The position numbers and the translations under genes are program-made. A stretch of DNA of 64,000 nucleotides from Chara braunii. Lineage: Eukaryota > Plantae > Charophyceae. Position 1 is the stretch's first letter. Every line of letters starts with the position of its first letter. This document shows positions 27,578 to 40,800 of the stretch, piece after piece. The stretch lies in contig BFEA01000042.1 of NCBI GenBank assembly GCA_003427395.1, positions 2,864,787 to 2,928,786 of the forward strand, written 5' to 3'. Under the pieces are notes generated by a model, which saw only the letters and a program-made list of their open reading frames with translations, did no database searches and was not told the DNA's origin.

Positions 27578-30500
27578 TCAGGCTTTGGTTGACCTTTTCA
27601 AACGCATGCAAGACTACCTTCCTCCCACCTTCCCCTTGTTTACCCCTTTGTTTGCTTTCAACAACAACAAAGAAGAAACTTAGGCTTCACTCTCACACGT
27701 TCCTTCCATTCAGTCTGATTGGGTCCTGAAGAGAAAACAAAACCATAGGGACAACCTCATGCATACAACAGTCATACTGCAGGGGGATAAACAAAACATG
27801 GGTGGTAGTAGGTTGTACAGATGGAAATGGTTTACCTGACGATTCCCTGCCTCCAGAACTCCTGAGTTTTGGCAGAGCTCCCGCAATCGGTGGGTGGACT
27901 CCCCACAAAGTCTTGACGCGGACCTACGGGTTGCAATCCCGCCTGCCGCCTTCTTCTCATAACCAGGGACTAGACCGAGACTTACACGGGCAGGAGGAGA
28001 AAGTTCCAGACTCTCAGATCCAAGGACGGTGCTCTCAGCCTCGTGCGAGAGGATGTTGTTACCTTCCTTCGCCGGAGGGCCCCGCAATGGCGGCCAAGTC
28101 GTAACAACTTGGTTAACTCTTTGAAGCCAGGTCGCCGAGGTCAAACCCTCCGATGACTCTCCGGATTGCAACTGTTCCCCCTTCCCAGAAATGTGGTCAC
28201 TCCCTTAGCCTACCACGCTCCAACCACTGCTTAGAACGTCGCCCCGTGTTTTGACTAAATGTTCGCAAGGGTAGCAGGAGCCTAGTGAAGTATGGCGCAT
28301 GAAGCCGCCGTACACAGCTAACACGGCAAAAGCAATAAGACTTACAGCGGCGAGTTGACTATACAACGTCAACCGCAGGAAAACAGTCATCGCAGCCTTG
28401 GCATTCAACCGCAGCACACCCATACACACAAGAGGAAAGGAGACAAACTGCACCTCTCCATGACCCGCTCTCATCCCTGGCCTTACTGCATGGCCTACCG
28501 AGGCTAGAGGGGCGCAGGCTAGTCAGCAGTCGATGTCCTGTTGCTCCTCACTCCCTAGGCTCCAACGAGAAGGGTACAACCTTGGTCAAGGAAGCTTTCA
28601 GTCTATAGACCCACTCGCTATGCGTAAGCCCACAAGCAAGTCATCATACCCCGCTGTCACTCCTCCGTTATCTCAGTTCACAAGCAAGGGGCATCGGTCA
28701 AACGGTACGTCCTGAACTACTCATGTGTCCTCCCCGTACTCGCGGGATACGTAGAATGAGAATGAGTCTTCTGCTAACACGCGAGTGGGGATACACTATC
28801 CCTGCTAGTGCAGTCCTCTTGAAGCTCACTGGGTAATAGTCTGCTAAGGTGAGCAAAGCGACCAACAGTATCCTGATCAGGCTATGTGCAGAAGACGACG
28901 GATCTACAATCGGCCTGGCTTGTCAAGTCGAGCCGACCAGTTCACGACCATCATGGCGATCAAGTACGTGCTACTTTCTTCCCCCTCTCACTATTATCCA
29001 TGTCTGCATGCACGCACTTACCCCATCGCGCAGCCTGCCTGCTTCACGCCGAAACTGAGAGTCGTCTCCCTTCCGGTGTTAGGACAAGCAAAACCTGAAT
29101 GAATCTTCCACCAAAACGTGGAGGGGTTCATTTTGTTCTTGCTTCCTTTTCCTTTTACTTTGCACGCTCCTGGCCCCACTTCGTGCCTGGGTTCTTCCCT
29201 TCTATTCTTCATCTGCCCTCACTGCCCCGGTGGCTGCCTCATCGATCAGATGGGTAAAACTAAGAACGAACCTTCTGCAAAAACCTGGCCAGGTGCGTTC
29301 TGCTCTTTCGTTCCCTCCCAAACTTACTCCCGAGAACCACCACGCAGCCTATTCGCTACCAACTCCGACTTAACTAACCCATAGTCGAATGTAATACTCC
29401 CACTGAACTCGCCCGGCCCAGAGCCCATAGATTCGGCTGTCACCCCATCGAAATCCATTCGGAAACGCATACGATATGCTTTCCCCACTCTCCTTCTTCC
29501 CATTGCCTCCATAGCTCCGCGCGGACCATTTCTTATTGACCTCCCGATCTACTAACTCTTTACTAAAACTAACATTCTCATCTGATTCGCCTAACATCAA
29601 AACCTCTATCCACTATCCTACCTCGCTCGATTCCATAAAGAATTGGGCATGATGTCACACCTCCCTCCTTCCATATCCACTACTTCCCTGTATCACCATG
29701 CGCGGCCGCTTTCTCAACTAACTCTAATCCTAATCGACTAACCCCAAAACTAACTATACCATCAGCTTCGCCATGCCAAAATCCCCCAGTCTAACCTCTT
29801 CCTCCACCCGAATCCGTCCCCCATCGCCCATGCTCCGTGTTTTGCCCAGTTCACCCTTTGCCTCCATCTTCGAACGCATCTGGCGTGTAATCCTCCCAGA
29901 TTCGTTCCTTCCTCCTTTTCGAGCTCGGTGCCTGAGCCTTGCCACTTCTCCGCATGCACTCTGCCACACCCCCCGTCCACATTCATCCATCCCCTCCACC
30001 TTGCTTTCGGCCGGCCCGTTCGCTAGCCTTGCCCGGTGTTGCCTTAGCGTTGCGCCCCTTTGCTGCTACGTCGCTGCCCCCGCTCTCCTGCGCTAGCTGC
30101 TGCCGCAGCGCCCGGTCCCACAGCGCTACTCCTCTGTCGCTCCTGTCTGCGCCCACTCCACTGCCGTGGCCAGCGGCCAATGCCGTGCTCGATATTGGCC
30201 CGACCTCCCTTCGTAGTCTTAGCGACACGCTACTCCGCCCACTATTGCGCGGATCTACCCGGCCAGCCCCGCTGAGTGCCGCCTCCTTCCGCCCGCATGC
30301 ACCTGGCGCATTTCCACCCCCGGGTTCACTCGCCTCCTCTTTTACCTTGTTTTCTCGATACGCTGTCCTGCGCAACACCAGCGACACTCACCGCTACAGA
30401 TCGGGTGCACGGCTATCGAGGGAACCGAAATCCACAACAGCTCGCCTACTAACTCGTCTGCTGCACCCTTTCCTTAGCCCTCGCTTTACAGTTCCGCCGC

Positions 30501-32604
30501 GCTTTCAACACGGCAGCGCCTGGACGTAGCGGCCTACGACGCCTAGGGTAGTTCGGTCAGGCTGGTCCCACGCAGCTGGCCATTCAGACCAACACCTTAG
30601 CTTAGCGGGCCGACCGACTTCGGGGACGTAGGGCGTGTTCACACTTAGGCCCCTCGCCATGGACCGCAGTTGGCGGACGCGACGTCCACCCACAAAAGGC
30701 GTCCCGCCACTTAAACCTTTCTCGTTTCGTGGCCGATTGCGCACGGGCTTACCAAAGCGGGTGCATGCCCGACCCATTGGGTGCCGCGACGACTACCTAC
30801 GACTTGTATCGCCCCTGACAAAGTCAGGGCGTAACTTTTAATAATAATGGCGAGGGAAATAGCAAAATATCTAGGAAAGCCTTACTCATAAAAAGGGAGT
30901 TGCCTGTACCGTCCGGACGCCGCCGAATACCAACCGACGGGGGATAGGCTCGCCAGACCCTCACTCTCCTCGGTCGCTTCGCGCTACTCTGGTATTCTCG
31001 CGCCATCACCGCTCAATCTCGACCCCTATAGCTCTCTGATAAAAGTCCAATACTGTAACCAAATAGTGTTAGGCCCAAGTCTTGGTCTAGCTCTGACGGA
31101 CGCCTAAACAACGGATACCGCGCGATGCGCCAACCTACCGAAACGTTTTAATCCCTCACATCGACCTATCGATGTCGTCATCCTCCATACGCTCGCTCGC
31201 CTCGATCCGACGTACCACTCAACCGAAAATATCCCTAATTCTTGCTTAGTCAAATATAAATAAATATTAATAATATTCTTAAACAAAACGAATGATGTCC
31301 GGCCAACTTTTATGATCAACAGCAAAAAGGATCACGCGCGCCTTAAACTTGCGCGCCCATGCACCCTTTACTATAGTTAACCACCTAGTCAACGCAAATT
31401 ACAGACGCGGCCGCGCCTAGCGCGGTATAGTTAAACTTTAAACCAACTATTTTCTGTCACTTGTAAAAACCAGGGCGGATACCCTTGTAAGGGTATTCGC
31501 GCCGACAGCTTACCGGACCATATTAAGCGACGTCCCCGGTGCTTCGTCAAATTAGAAAGTTATAAATTCATCCATACTTCAAATGCTGACGAGAAAGGAG
31601 CCAATCCGATTAGCCGACAAATACAGGGTAGAGGTTTCCATCAAACCATGCCTTCACAACTATATGCTGCTAGGTTTCTAACCCGGATTTCTTACCGCCT
31701 TGAAATTAGGATGCTGACAGCATAAGTTCCAAAGATCTTCCCAATCGTCCTCTCCTCGGTCCTAGACAACCTTCGGCTTCTCGTTGGGTGTCCCCAGTCC
31801 TGGCTAAAACTAAGGACGCGGGCCTTAATCGAGACCTTTGAAGACACTCTCGCCTTCCTTCTAAAAAATATCTCGCAATCAAATACCCATAAGCATATAC
31901 TTATACTTAATATCCGCTCAGCTCTTTCTGCAGTCTAGTACAGAAAGGCTAAGTCTCCATCTTGGCCCACCATAGCCTGCCTGATCGGGCCAAGACTATG
32001 ACCCACCGCATTGTTATTTAACGACAGTACCCCTCATTGGTTACGCAACGATAGGTTTTCTCCTGATAAGCATTTAATCAGGATTTCCAAAAAATCTCAA
32101 CCTTCACTACCCCACGGAGTAATTTCACTGGAGCGGCAACTCCCCTTTAACTCTTACCCCGTGGTCCCGCAGCCAGGTTGCGCCGGCTAGCAGCCATCCA
32201 ATGGGGTTGCGCCCTAGAGGTACTAACCTTTACCGTTTAGCTTGACATTCCTCAATATGTCCCAGAACTAGCAGAAGTGGTTAGACGGAGTGTCGCAAAA
32301 CAGAATCACAAGCCCACTACGCGATCACGCAGGGGTCTGAAGGCATTTACCAGCCCTTCCACAATACGCATGGAATCCTTCGCACACTCACAAACAAAAT
32401 CACCGCTAGGTCCACAAGGCCGTGACCCCTGACTTGATCAGAGCCGGCAGTCACCCATCCTGAGACATCTCTTGCCCTGCACTCATTGCGACCTTCTCAA
32501 ACATTTAAAGCAAGTGACCCTTTTCGTCAGACTTTATCATCCACCAGACAACTTACCATGCCATAAATCAGTTTACTCACCTTTGAAGGTGAGTCTTTCA
32601 ACAA

Positions 32605-32840
32605 TAAAAACATCCCCTTTCTCAAGAATCTAAGGGCTCTCATCATGAAACAAAACACCCCCTCTTCCAAAAATCACGAGGGGTCTCACAACAGAACAAA
32701 ACACTCCCTCTTCCAAAAATCACGAGGGGTCTCATCATAAAACCAAACATCCCCTCTTTCAAATTCGAGGGGGTCTCATCATAACACACAACATCCCCCT
32801 TTCCAAAAATCCAGGGGTCTCTTCATAGAACAAAACATCA
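32605..32840. repeat. ~45-bp tandem repeat x5 in the element's 3' untranslated region
   Basis: AAAACA.CCCCTCTTCCAAAAATCACGAGGGGTCTCATCAT-like units. Confidence 0.85.
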
Positions 32841-33700
32841 CTGAGAGACCATCTTATGGGTCCTCGTCACAACTTAAGCGATCAACAACCGACATGGTGA
32901 AGCATTCGAGTCTCAAGGACTCATAAATCTTCTAAAAATCCTCACACTTTTCACAAACAGGCTGCGCTTCCTCCCTTTATACTCTGCCCTATCAGCTGCC
33001 CGTGAGCAGATCGCACGAGTATACCGAGGAGTAGGCAGCTTTACATGTCACTCATTCATACATCTTTCGCACAAAGCCAACATTCATCAGGATAAAACCA
33101 CACAAGTGAGAGTGATAGCGATCGTCACAAAACCCAAGCCTCATAGGGTCTCAACTCGATATGTACACCAGGATAAAATGTCTTTTCAAAAACAACATAG
33201 GTACCCAGCTCTCACGTCCCACTCTGCTGAGTAAGCTATGCCTCGAACCCACGAATACCTCGGCGTATACCCAAATATACATAGAAGCTCAAATCACGCA
33301 AATCTATCCCAACTGTACACACCAACATATCACACATCTGGACACAACCACCTAAATCACTCCAAAAGAGGGAACAAAATGATTCACCCAGTACTACAAT
33401 CTACATATGTACAGGTGGACAAGCTAGTCGTGACTTCACCTAGATATGCACATATCTAGCTTAGTCCCTATATACAAGAAACCTTGATCCTACTGACGTA
33501 TAGGCGAACTAGTCCCCACTCACTCATTATCTCCTGGCCTCACCCATATGGTTGAGCTTTCACTTCTATCTACAACTCATGTTACTTTACCGGACCATTA
33601 TTGCGAGGGTTCCTCTTCAATCTGTTTTCCCTCTCCCACAATTAACTCCCACTGTCTAAGTCAGTTGGGCTCAACGCCTCTACCTTCAATTGAGTTTAGA

Positions 33701-34657
33701 CTATATTGGGCCAGTCGCGCTCTTTTCCCTATCGCCCCTCTCCTTTTCTTCCCTTCGGGCTTGTCTCGCTTTCTTACATCTGCGAGGTGTATGACCGACC
33801 TCCCCACAAAAATCACATACTACCTTCGACCACCGATCTCGCATTCTCTTCTTTCTGCGCCCCATCCATCTCTCTTTTTTCATCACACTTCCTTGTGACT
33901 CTTGTCGCGCAAGGGAAGAAGATGGCCCTGCCGACTGAGCCTCTGACGAGCAGGGAGATTCACACTCCTCTTCTTCCTCAACTGCCCTCTTGCCTTCATC
34001 TCTCTTCTCGCAATCCCTCAACTTCTTTTTTTTCCTCGCCTCACGCAAAACATAGCAGAGGTGATGATCAAAGTCTCCTTTTATAAAGTTCTCTCGTACC
34101 TTGTCCCATATAAGTCTTCCTCCTACCCCGCGAATCAGGTCTCGCTGCTCAGCACCTGAAAAATACATGAGGAAGAAAAAACACTTGTCATACTCCGACA
34201 ACGCCTAAACCTTATGTGAAGCACGCTCATATTCTGCCAAAAATTATCCCGCCGACTCATAATCATATCGTTCCATCTTCTCAAGATCATCCCTGGTTAA
34301 CTGCTCCTCTCCCAGTTGATACTTATTCCTCATGTCATTATGGAATCTCCTCCACGATGACTCTGTCTTTCTGATTAATTCACTGACTTCCTCCTTCAAG
34401 TCTACATGGATAAACTTTATGACCTCCTTTAACATCTGCTCCTCGTTCCATTCGCGTTGAGACGCCAACTGTTCGACTTTATCGAGGAAGTCAGAGACAT
34501 GACAACCATTGAAGAGGCCAATCTTCACTTTGGGTGCGTTCGCTCGCTCCTGATCCCGCATATCGGGCAAATAAGCGAGCTCCTTGACCCCGCCCCTCTC
34601 TCGTAGGCCTTCCATCACGAATTCCTTCGATCCCATCTCCTGTTGGACAAACAACAA
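33701..34657 (-). pseudogene. gag: gag (capsid-like region plus zinc knuckle), interrupted by stops
   Basis: FNGCHVSDFLDKVE..W..F...M..KY capsid-like segment; CDFCGEVGHTPRRC (CX2CX4HX4C). Confidence 0.8.
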
Positions 34658-37600
34658 TTGATTAGGATCGAGACCCGAGAAGAACTATGCATTCGAAATA
34701 TAGTCTATCACGACAAGCTTACACCTACACTCACTTTTGCAATACCTATACGCAATGTACACTTTATATAGGCAGGGTCCCTTACGACTGACTGTAGGCA
34801 GCTCCTACATTAAGCATGAGGGCGACCATAGCCAAGCCAAGAACAAGTGCACTTAGTGAGATGGTGAAGATCCTTCCTAATGGACCACTGCTGCTCGAAA
34901 CTCATCCCAGTCTTCAATTTCCTAATTTGGGTCATGAGAAATGGCGTATACGTCAATTATATTGGTCGTGTGCCTTAGCCACTGACTAGGAGGTGAGAGA
35001 TTCGGTTGTAAGTACAAACCGTATACTAGTTCACACGTATAACGCCCATACTTCTAGTCTCGCACTCTCAATGCGGCCTCTGTTGCAGCTTCTACCCTCC
35101 CTTGTCCCCCAAAACGCTTTTTCACGAGGAAATCTGGCAGAACGACTCTTCGAGGGGCTGAAGGAAGTTCAAACTCTTCAGCACGCTTAGCCTCTACATG
35201 GGTCACCACTTGCTCTTCTCCTTCATGGATTCTTTCTCTCGTCCATTTTGCTGCAGCCGCTTCAGCTACCCTCAAGGGTCTCGTAAGCAGACTCTCATGC
35301 CCCAATGCCAACTCAATCTCATGCAGGACCCAGAATGATGGCGGAGCGTATAGGGTCACCCTCACAATTGCGCAATCCTGATTGTCATCGAAACCAGACT
35401 CAATCCAGGCGAAGATACCCATATCCATTTGTACGCCCCACCAAGAAGAAATATATTCCCCCTCTTTAATCCGTCTTGGCAAGGACATCTCGAGTCCGTC
35501 TTCCCTTTTAGCTGGCAAGGCCATATTGGGATCTTCCCTAGCGTAAGGCATCCTGAGTTGCCTTAGCTCTGTCCAGGTTCTGCCCATCACAGACAATTAT
35601 CCCGCATACGTCTCCCGTTACCATGCTGACAATCGCATTCTACGACCTCAACTGCTAAGGCCTTAACCTTAAATCACCTTTCACTAAGTTTACTCTTTCC
35701 TGTATTTACGACCGTCCAACTTAGAAAAACTTATAGTGGTAATATATCATAATAATTGTTCACTCACACATATCAAAAATATTTCATAATAATAATAACT
35801 CTTGGAAAATGATATATCACCTTTAGTAATTAACAAAAATAATACTGGTAAAAGTCAAATGCATCATACTCAGGCTAGTCAATCACTAGAAACATATACA
35901 ACCACCTCGTAAGGATAAACTTATATCAACACGCATACCATATAATGAATAGGCCATAACTAAAGATGTAATTGCCAACCAACAAACAACCTTAGACATA
36001 ACAACAGCCAACGCATCACACTTTACTCCCCAACTTTGACAAAAGTATAATGTGGCGAGGGACAATGTAATCCCTTTTTAGAATGGATATCATCTCAAAC
36101 CCTCGAGCCCCGCTCAAGGATTAAGCCACACTGTTGCTCCCTCCGAATCTAGCACTCGTTCCTTGCAGACCTCTGCCGACAAAGTAAACAACCTCAGCAT
36201 ACACACTTCGGGATGTACCGTCTCGTAATGTGCTGGTGAACCCACTTGTCACAAAGAAAGTTAGGGATTCACCCCCTACTTTCCTCCTTTTCAGTAGTAG
36301 TGTAGTTATTTTATCACAGGAGATACAACAACAACACCCCACTATGGACCAGGAACATAGTTTCGACATGGGTCTCACTACTACTTACAAGACAATCTAT
36401 AACTTCTTCAAAACTATCTTTCAGGGAAACAATAACATTGAACTGTCGCCTTCCTTAGGGCAGACCTCACGCATCGACCACTCCATGAGACAATTTTTTA
36501 TCCCAGGAAGCGGTCACTCCATTCACCTCTGAATCCGCATCAGACGTGGATTCTCTGCAATACCTCTACCCCTTTTTGAAGAACAATCCAAACATATAAC
36601 CTCATCAACCAGTCATAAATCGATATTTCGGACTTGAGACACTCATATAATTCCTTGCAGATTAATAGGTTCTTACCAGCACTTCAGATAAATAACCCAT
36701 ATGAATATCATAAAAAAGGATATTGATTAGACAAAACGATAGCAAGTATATAGCCTCACATAAATAGACATAAAACAGACTTACTCACAATAAAATCAAA
36801 CACATACGAATAAATTTAACATATAACTCAAAAGAAAGTCCATGAGAAAAATGGTCTCAAGTCCTTAGTTCAAATTCCATATAAATTCAAGTGGATGGTC
36901 CAACCAAAAAAACTCAAGTGACGGTCTAACTTACCTACACCCGATTTCCCTATCGAGGGTACGCAGGATATACTAAGTGTTAGTCCATTCACTATCACTC
37001 TAACTGCCCCTAGGATCAGATATCCCTTTCGTAGGGCAGATGTCATGCAAATCTACTACCTTCCATGGTTTATATAAATTGTTCAACCGCTCAGAATCCA
37101 GACTCAAACATCTAAGTCCATACTCATAATATCTCTCATCTCTCCTTAACTCATCTCTCCTCGAAGTGCTCCAACGACTTCTGACCTGACACCTAGGAGA
37201 TGATCTATACTTCCAACTCTTGGCAAAGGAATACTATCTCACTCATCCTTAGCCTCCAACCACCTGGATGATTCTTATGGTAGTCCAAAATGGTACCTCA
37301 TAGAACAAACTCTCACAAAAGTCATGCTTAACCTTAGCCATATCGGGTATGCAAAGCATCATCCAAAACCTGTCAACTACTGAATCAAAAGAGATACCAA
37401 CTCCAGTTACCTTTATACTAGTCAGAGCACGTAAGCACATAATCAAAGTACTCATCGCTCTCGAGTCACCCGTACAACGTTTAAACAAAACCAGATCGCG
37501 TCAACCAAAACCACATCGCACGATCAACCCTCACTTCATGCTTTATCCAGCATTGTCTGTAACCAACCGTTCCGTTTAAACCAATCAATAAAGCAGAAGT

Positions 37601-37798
37601 GGTCATTTCGCCTGAATCATCATCCTGCCTCAAACCTAGGCTCGATTTTTAAGAACTTCCAAACCCTATACTTCCAACAATAGTCAAAATGTCAACCAAT
37701 CATTCATACAAGTCTACCAAAGACTTCTTATCTTTGCCTATTTCTCACTTCAGATACCCGGAAGTCGTTCCACCAGGGACAACGGTAGGCAACCGTTA

Positions 37799-37816
37799 TC
37801 CCCGGCAACGGCGCCA
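37799..37816 (-). promoter_or_regulatory. Primer binding site complementary to plant tRNA-Asp
   Basis: TGGCGCCGTTGCCGGGGA, 2 nt inside the 5' LTR end; the PBS type known from Athila-like elements. Confidence 0.9.
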
Positions 37817-37818
37817 CC

Positions 37819-40800
37819 TGTCGAGCGCATCGGTCCGGCACCGCACGTGGCAGCGCGGGACCCTCTCGGCCGCGTCACGCAGGAGTTGGACCCACCTCGA
37901 CACGAACGCACAAATGGTCGCTCCGGCCGAGTGCGCCAGCCATACCTCTCGCGAGCCCCTACGACACGATAAGGCTTACGCGAGGCACAACTTCCCTTCA
38001 CCTTACGAGAGTTGTCACCTACCTTCGGTGGGTGTATCCCCGCCGAGCTACCAGTCTACAATACGAAAACTACTCAGTTGCAATCGCAGAGATGGACCAG
38101 TCGATGAGTTTCTCGTTCGCTGTAGCATAGGGGGTACGCGAGGTAACACGCCTATCGAACCCGCACGCGAGCCGGCATCTTGGGGGGCGGAAGTCCCAAG
38201 AGCGGCTCACGTCGGTCGACTAGGACGCATCCCACACACTACGCGCACACCATTTTAACAAACACTAAAACAACACTCACCCACACGTACGCACGAAACG
38301 ACACAACACAAACAACACGACAACGCTCCTAGCCCATCAGTAGTCATCCTATAACTTTCCGATGCGGAAATCGGATAGGCTTCACGCGCGAGATTTGATA
38401 TAAAACCGCGCGGACGCAGGGTTAAGCCATATCGACTCGCAATGCAAACGTACGCAAGCAGTTGCAATGACGGCGTACTATGTAGTGCCCATAATCAAGC
38501 GGTCCGTTATGGATCCGAGTACCGCTTATGACACTCAAGTGTCAGACTCGAAGTGTCGTGAGGGTCTAATCCTTCACGACATTGCATGGCTGAAGGAATA
38601 GTCATGTAGCCGCCGCGAGAGCTCCGGCCTTTAGTCTGAGCGTCTCGGTGGGCAAGGCGAATGGGCTCTGCACGGGGGCAGATTCCTTCCCTTCAGAGTC
38701 TACGGCTTGGGATGTCCTGGATAAGGACCTTGAATCCCGGCCCAGGACAAACGTCCGACTGTAAAATTCTAAGAAACAAAAGATAAAAGGGGGTCCCCCT
38801 TTTCTCCCAGGCCATCGTCTGGTTAACCCCCGCGCACGGCCTTAGTAAGCCGCGCGCATACCCAACGCACATAAATACATATATACGCTTTAGTTATATA
38901 GGACGATCACTTTTCACAGTCGCAGTGAGGCTCCTCTCAGCCATATATGTATGTGATTGCAGACAGTCACATCTAGAGTCCGAACCACAAACATACCTGC
39001 AATCACATCAAAGATTCAACTCGAAATCCACGCACTACACGGGGTCAACTTCAACTATTCCTTACACTCATACCCCTCGTTTTAGCCATACAAGCCTCAC
39101 TCGTGCAACTCTTAAATAAATACTCATTACTTTTGTTGGATGACCATTCAATAAAGTCCGGGTGAAAACACAACAAAACAGTTCAATCACAAGGCTAAAA
39201 CCTTTAGGTTCAATGGCAGGAGTGGATTGGAGTTGAATCGTACACCGACGAATCGGCAACTGACCTGTTATCAGTGATAACAGAAGATGACCTTCAAGGG
39301 ATCAAGCTGAATCTAGTCCTGAACTTGAACCAAACGATAAAGAGGACCTGTAACACATGACAAATCAATGCCCCGGGCTAAACCTATAAGTCCATGGAGA
39401 ATAATCCGCATATCACGATCTCACTCAAGAATCATCCTAGTTAACTATATCTAAGCCTACCTCTAAGCAAGTGCCCAAAGAAAAGGTACACTCATGGAAG
39501 AACCTCCCGCATTCAGGGTGGATCGCCAGAATAGCCACCTGTCAAAATATAATCTATCTCCTTTAAACTAAGAAAATTTCAGCAGCGCCTCCCGTAAGAA
39601 AAGTGTCTTTTCAGAATTTATATAGGCTCAAATATGACAAACGAAAATAATCTCTGACTCTGAAAATGAAAAACGAAAATAATCTCTGACTCTGGAAAGT
39701 CAAATTTTGTCTAACTCCCTGAGTTAGTAAAAATTTGGGCAGCACTCTAGAGACTTCCAAGATTTGTACTAAGTCAGATATGAACTCAAAAAAAAACTTG
39801 AGTTCAATTTTAAGCCAGATTTAACTAACTCCTTAGTTTTGCAGAAATTTCGGCAGCACTCTCTTTGAAAAAGTGTTTTTCCAAAATTTATACAAAGCTA
39901 AGTCCAGATTTTAAGAATAACTTTGACTTTCAAAATCCAACTTTGTCTAACTCCCTGAATTAGCAAAAATTTGGGCAGCACTCCTTTTAGAAAATGAGAC
40001 TTCCCAGATTTTAACTAAGTCAGATATGAGAAAAGACAAAACTGAACTTTTGACAAGTCAAAATTCAACTAACTCCTTGGATTTGTAGAAATTCCGGCAG
40101 CGCTTCCCGTTGAGAAAGTAGCTTGGCCAAGATTTATACAAAGCCAAGTATAAGAAAAGATATCAGAAAATGCAGGAATTGACACTAACTCCTATGACTC
40201 TAGCACATGACGAGCAACTAAAGCAACTACCTATCAACCTGAAACTCAGACTAAGTAGTGGCCTCACTCAGTCACTTGCAAACCAAACCACAAAGGTAAG
40301 TACTCTCACCAGCCCCAAGTTCATTCCATATAGATAGCTTATGAATCTTTTAAGTCCTTAAGCCTTTATTTCCCTCTTACATAAGACATAGGGCTGGACC
40401 ATTCGCCATGAAAACAATGTCCAGCTTGCTTTTAAGATATACAAGAACAGGTTGCACAACTACTTCTCTCTTCTTTTCGGCATATGACTAGGTCATTCGC
40501 CATGGAAACAATGCCTAGCCGCCCTGAGCCGTTTAATATCCAAAATTTACTATTTCTCTGACTTTGTTGTCAAAAAGGAAAGCAAATATGGGCAAGGGAC
40601 TGAACTATTTGTCACGGAAACAATGTTCAGCTTGCCCAGACTATTTCCATTTATACTCCGAATTTTTCCCTTTCTCTTCTTGATGATATGACTTAACGCT
40701 GGACCATTCACCATGGAAACAATGCCCATCCGCCAGTTCACATGCAAATTTATATAAAGTATTTTCCCTTTATACTCAGTTTAACTTATGTGTGTGGTTT

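Larger units (their letters stand above)
24432..31507 (-). repeat. 3' LTR (7076 bp)
   Basis: Collinear with 37819-44051; starts TGTCGAGCGC and ends GCGCCGACA. Confidence 0.9.

Noticed and set aside
37799-37816. tRNA-Asp gene
   Set aside because: Only the 3' 18 nt including CCA are present, which fits a PBS.
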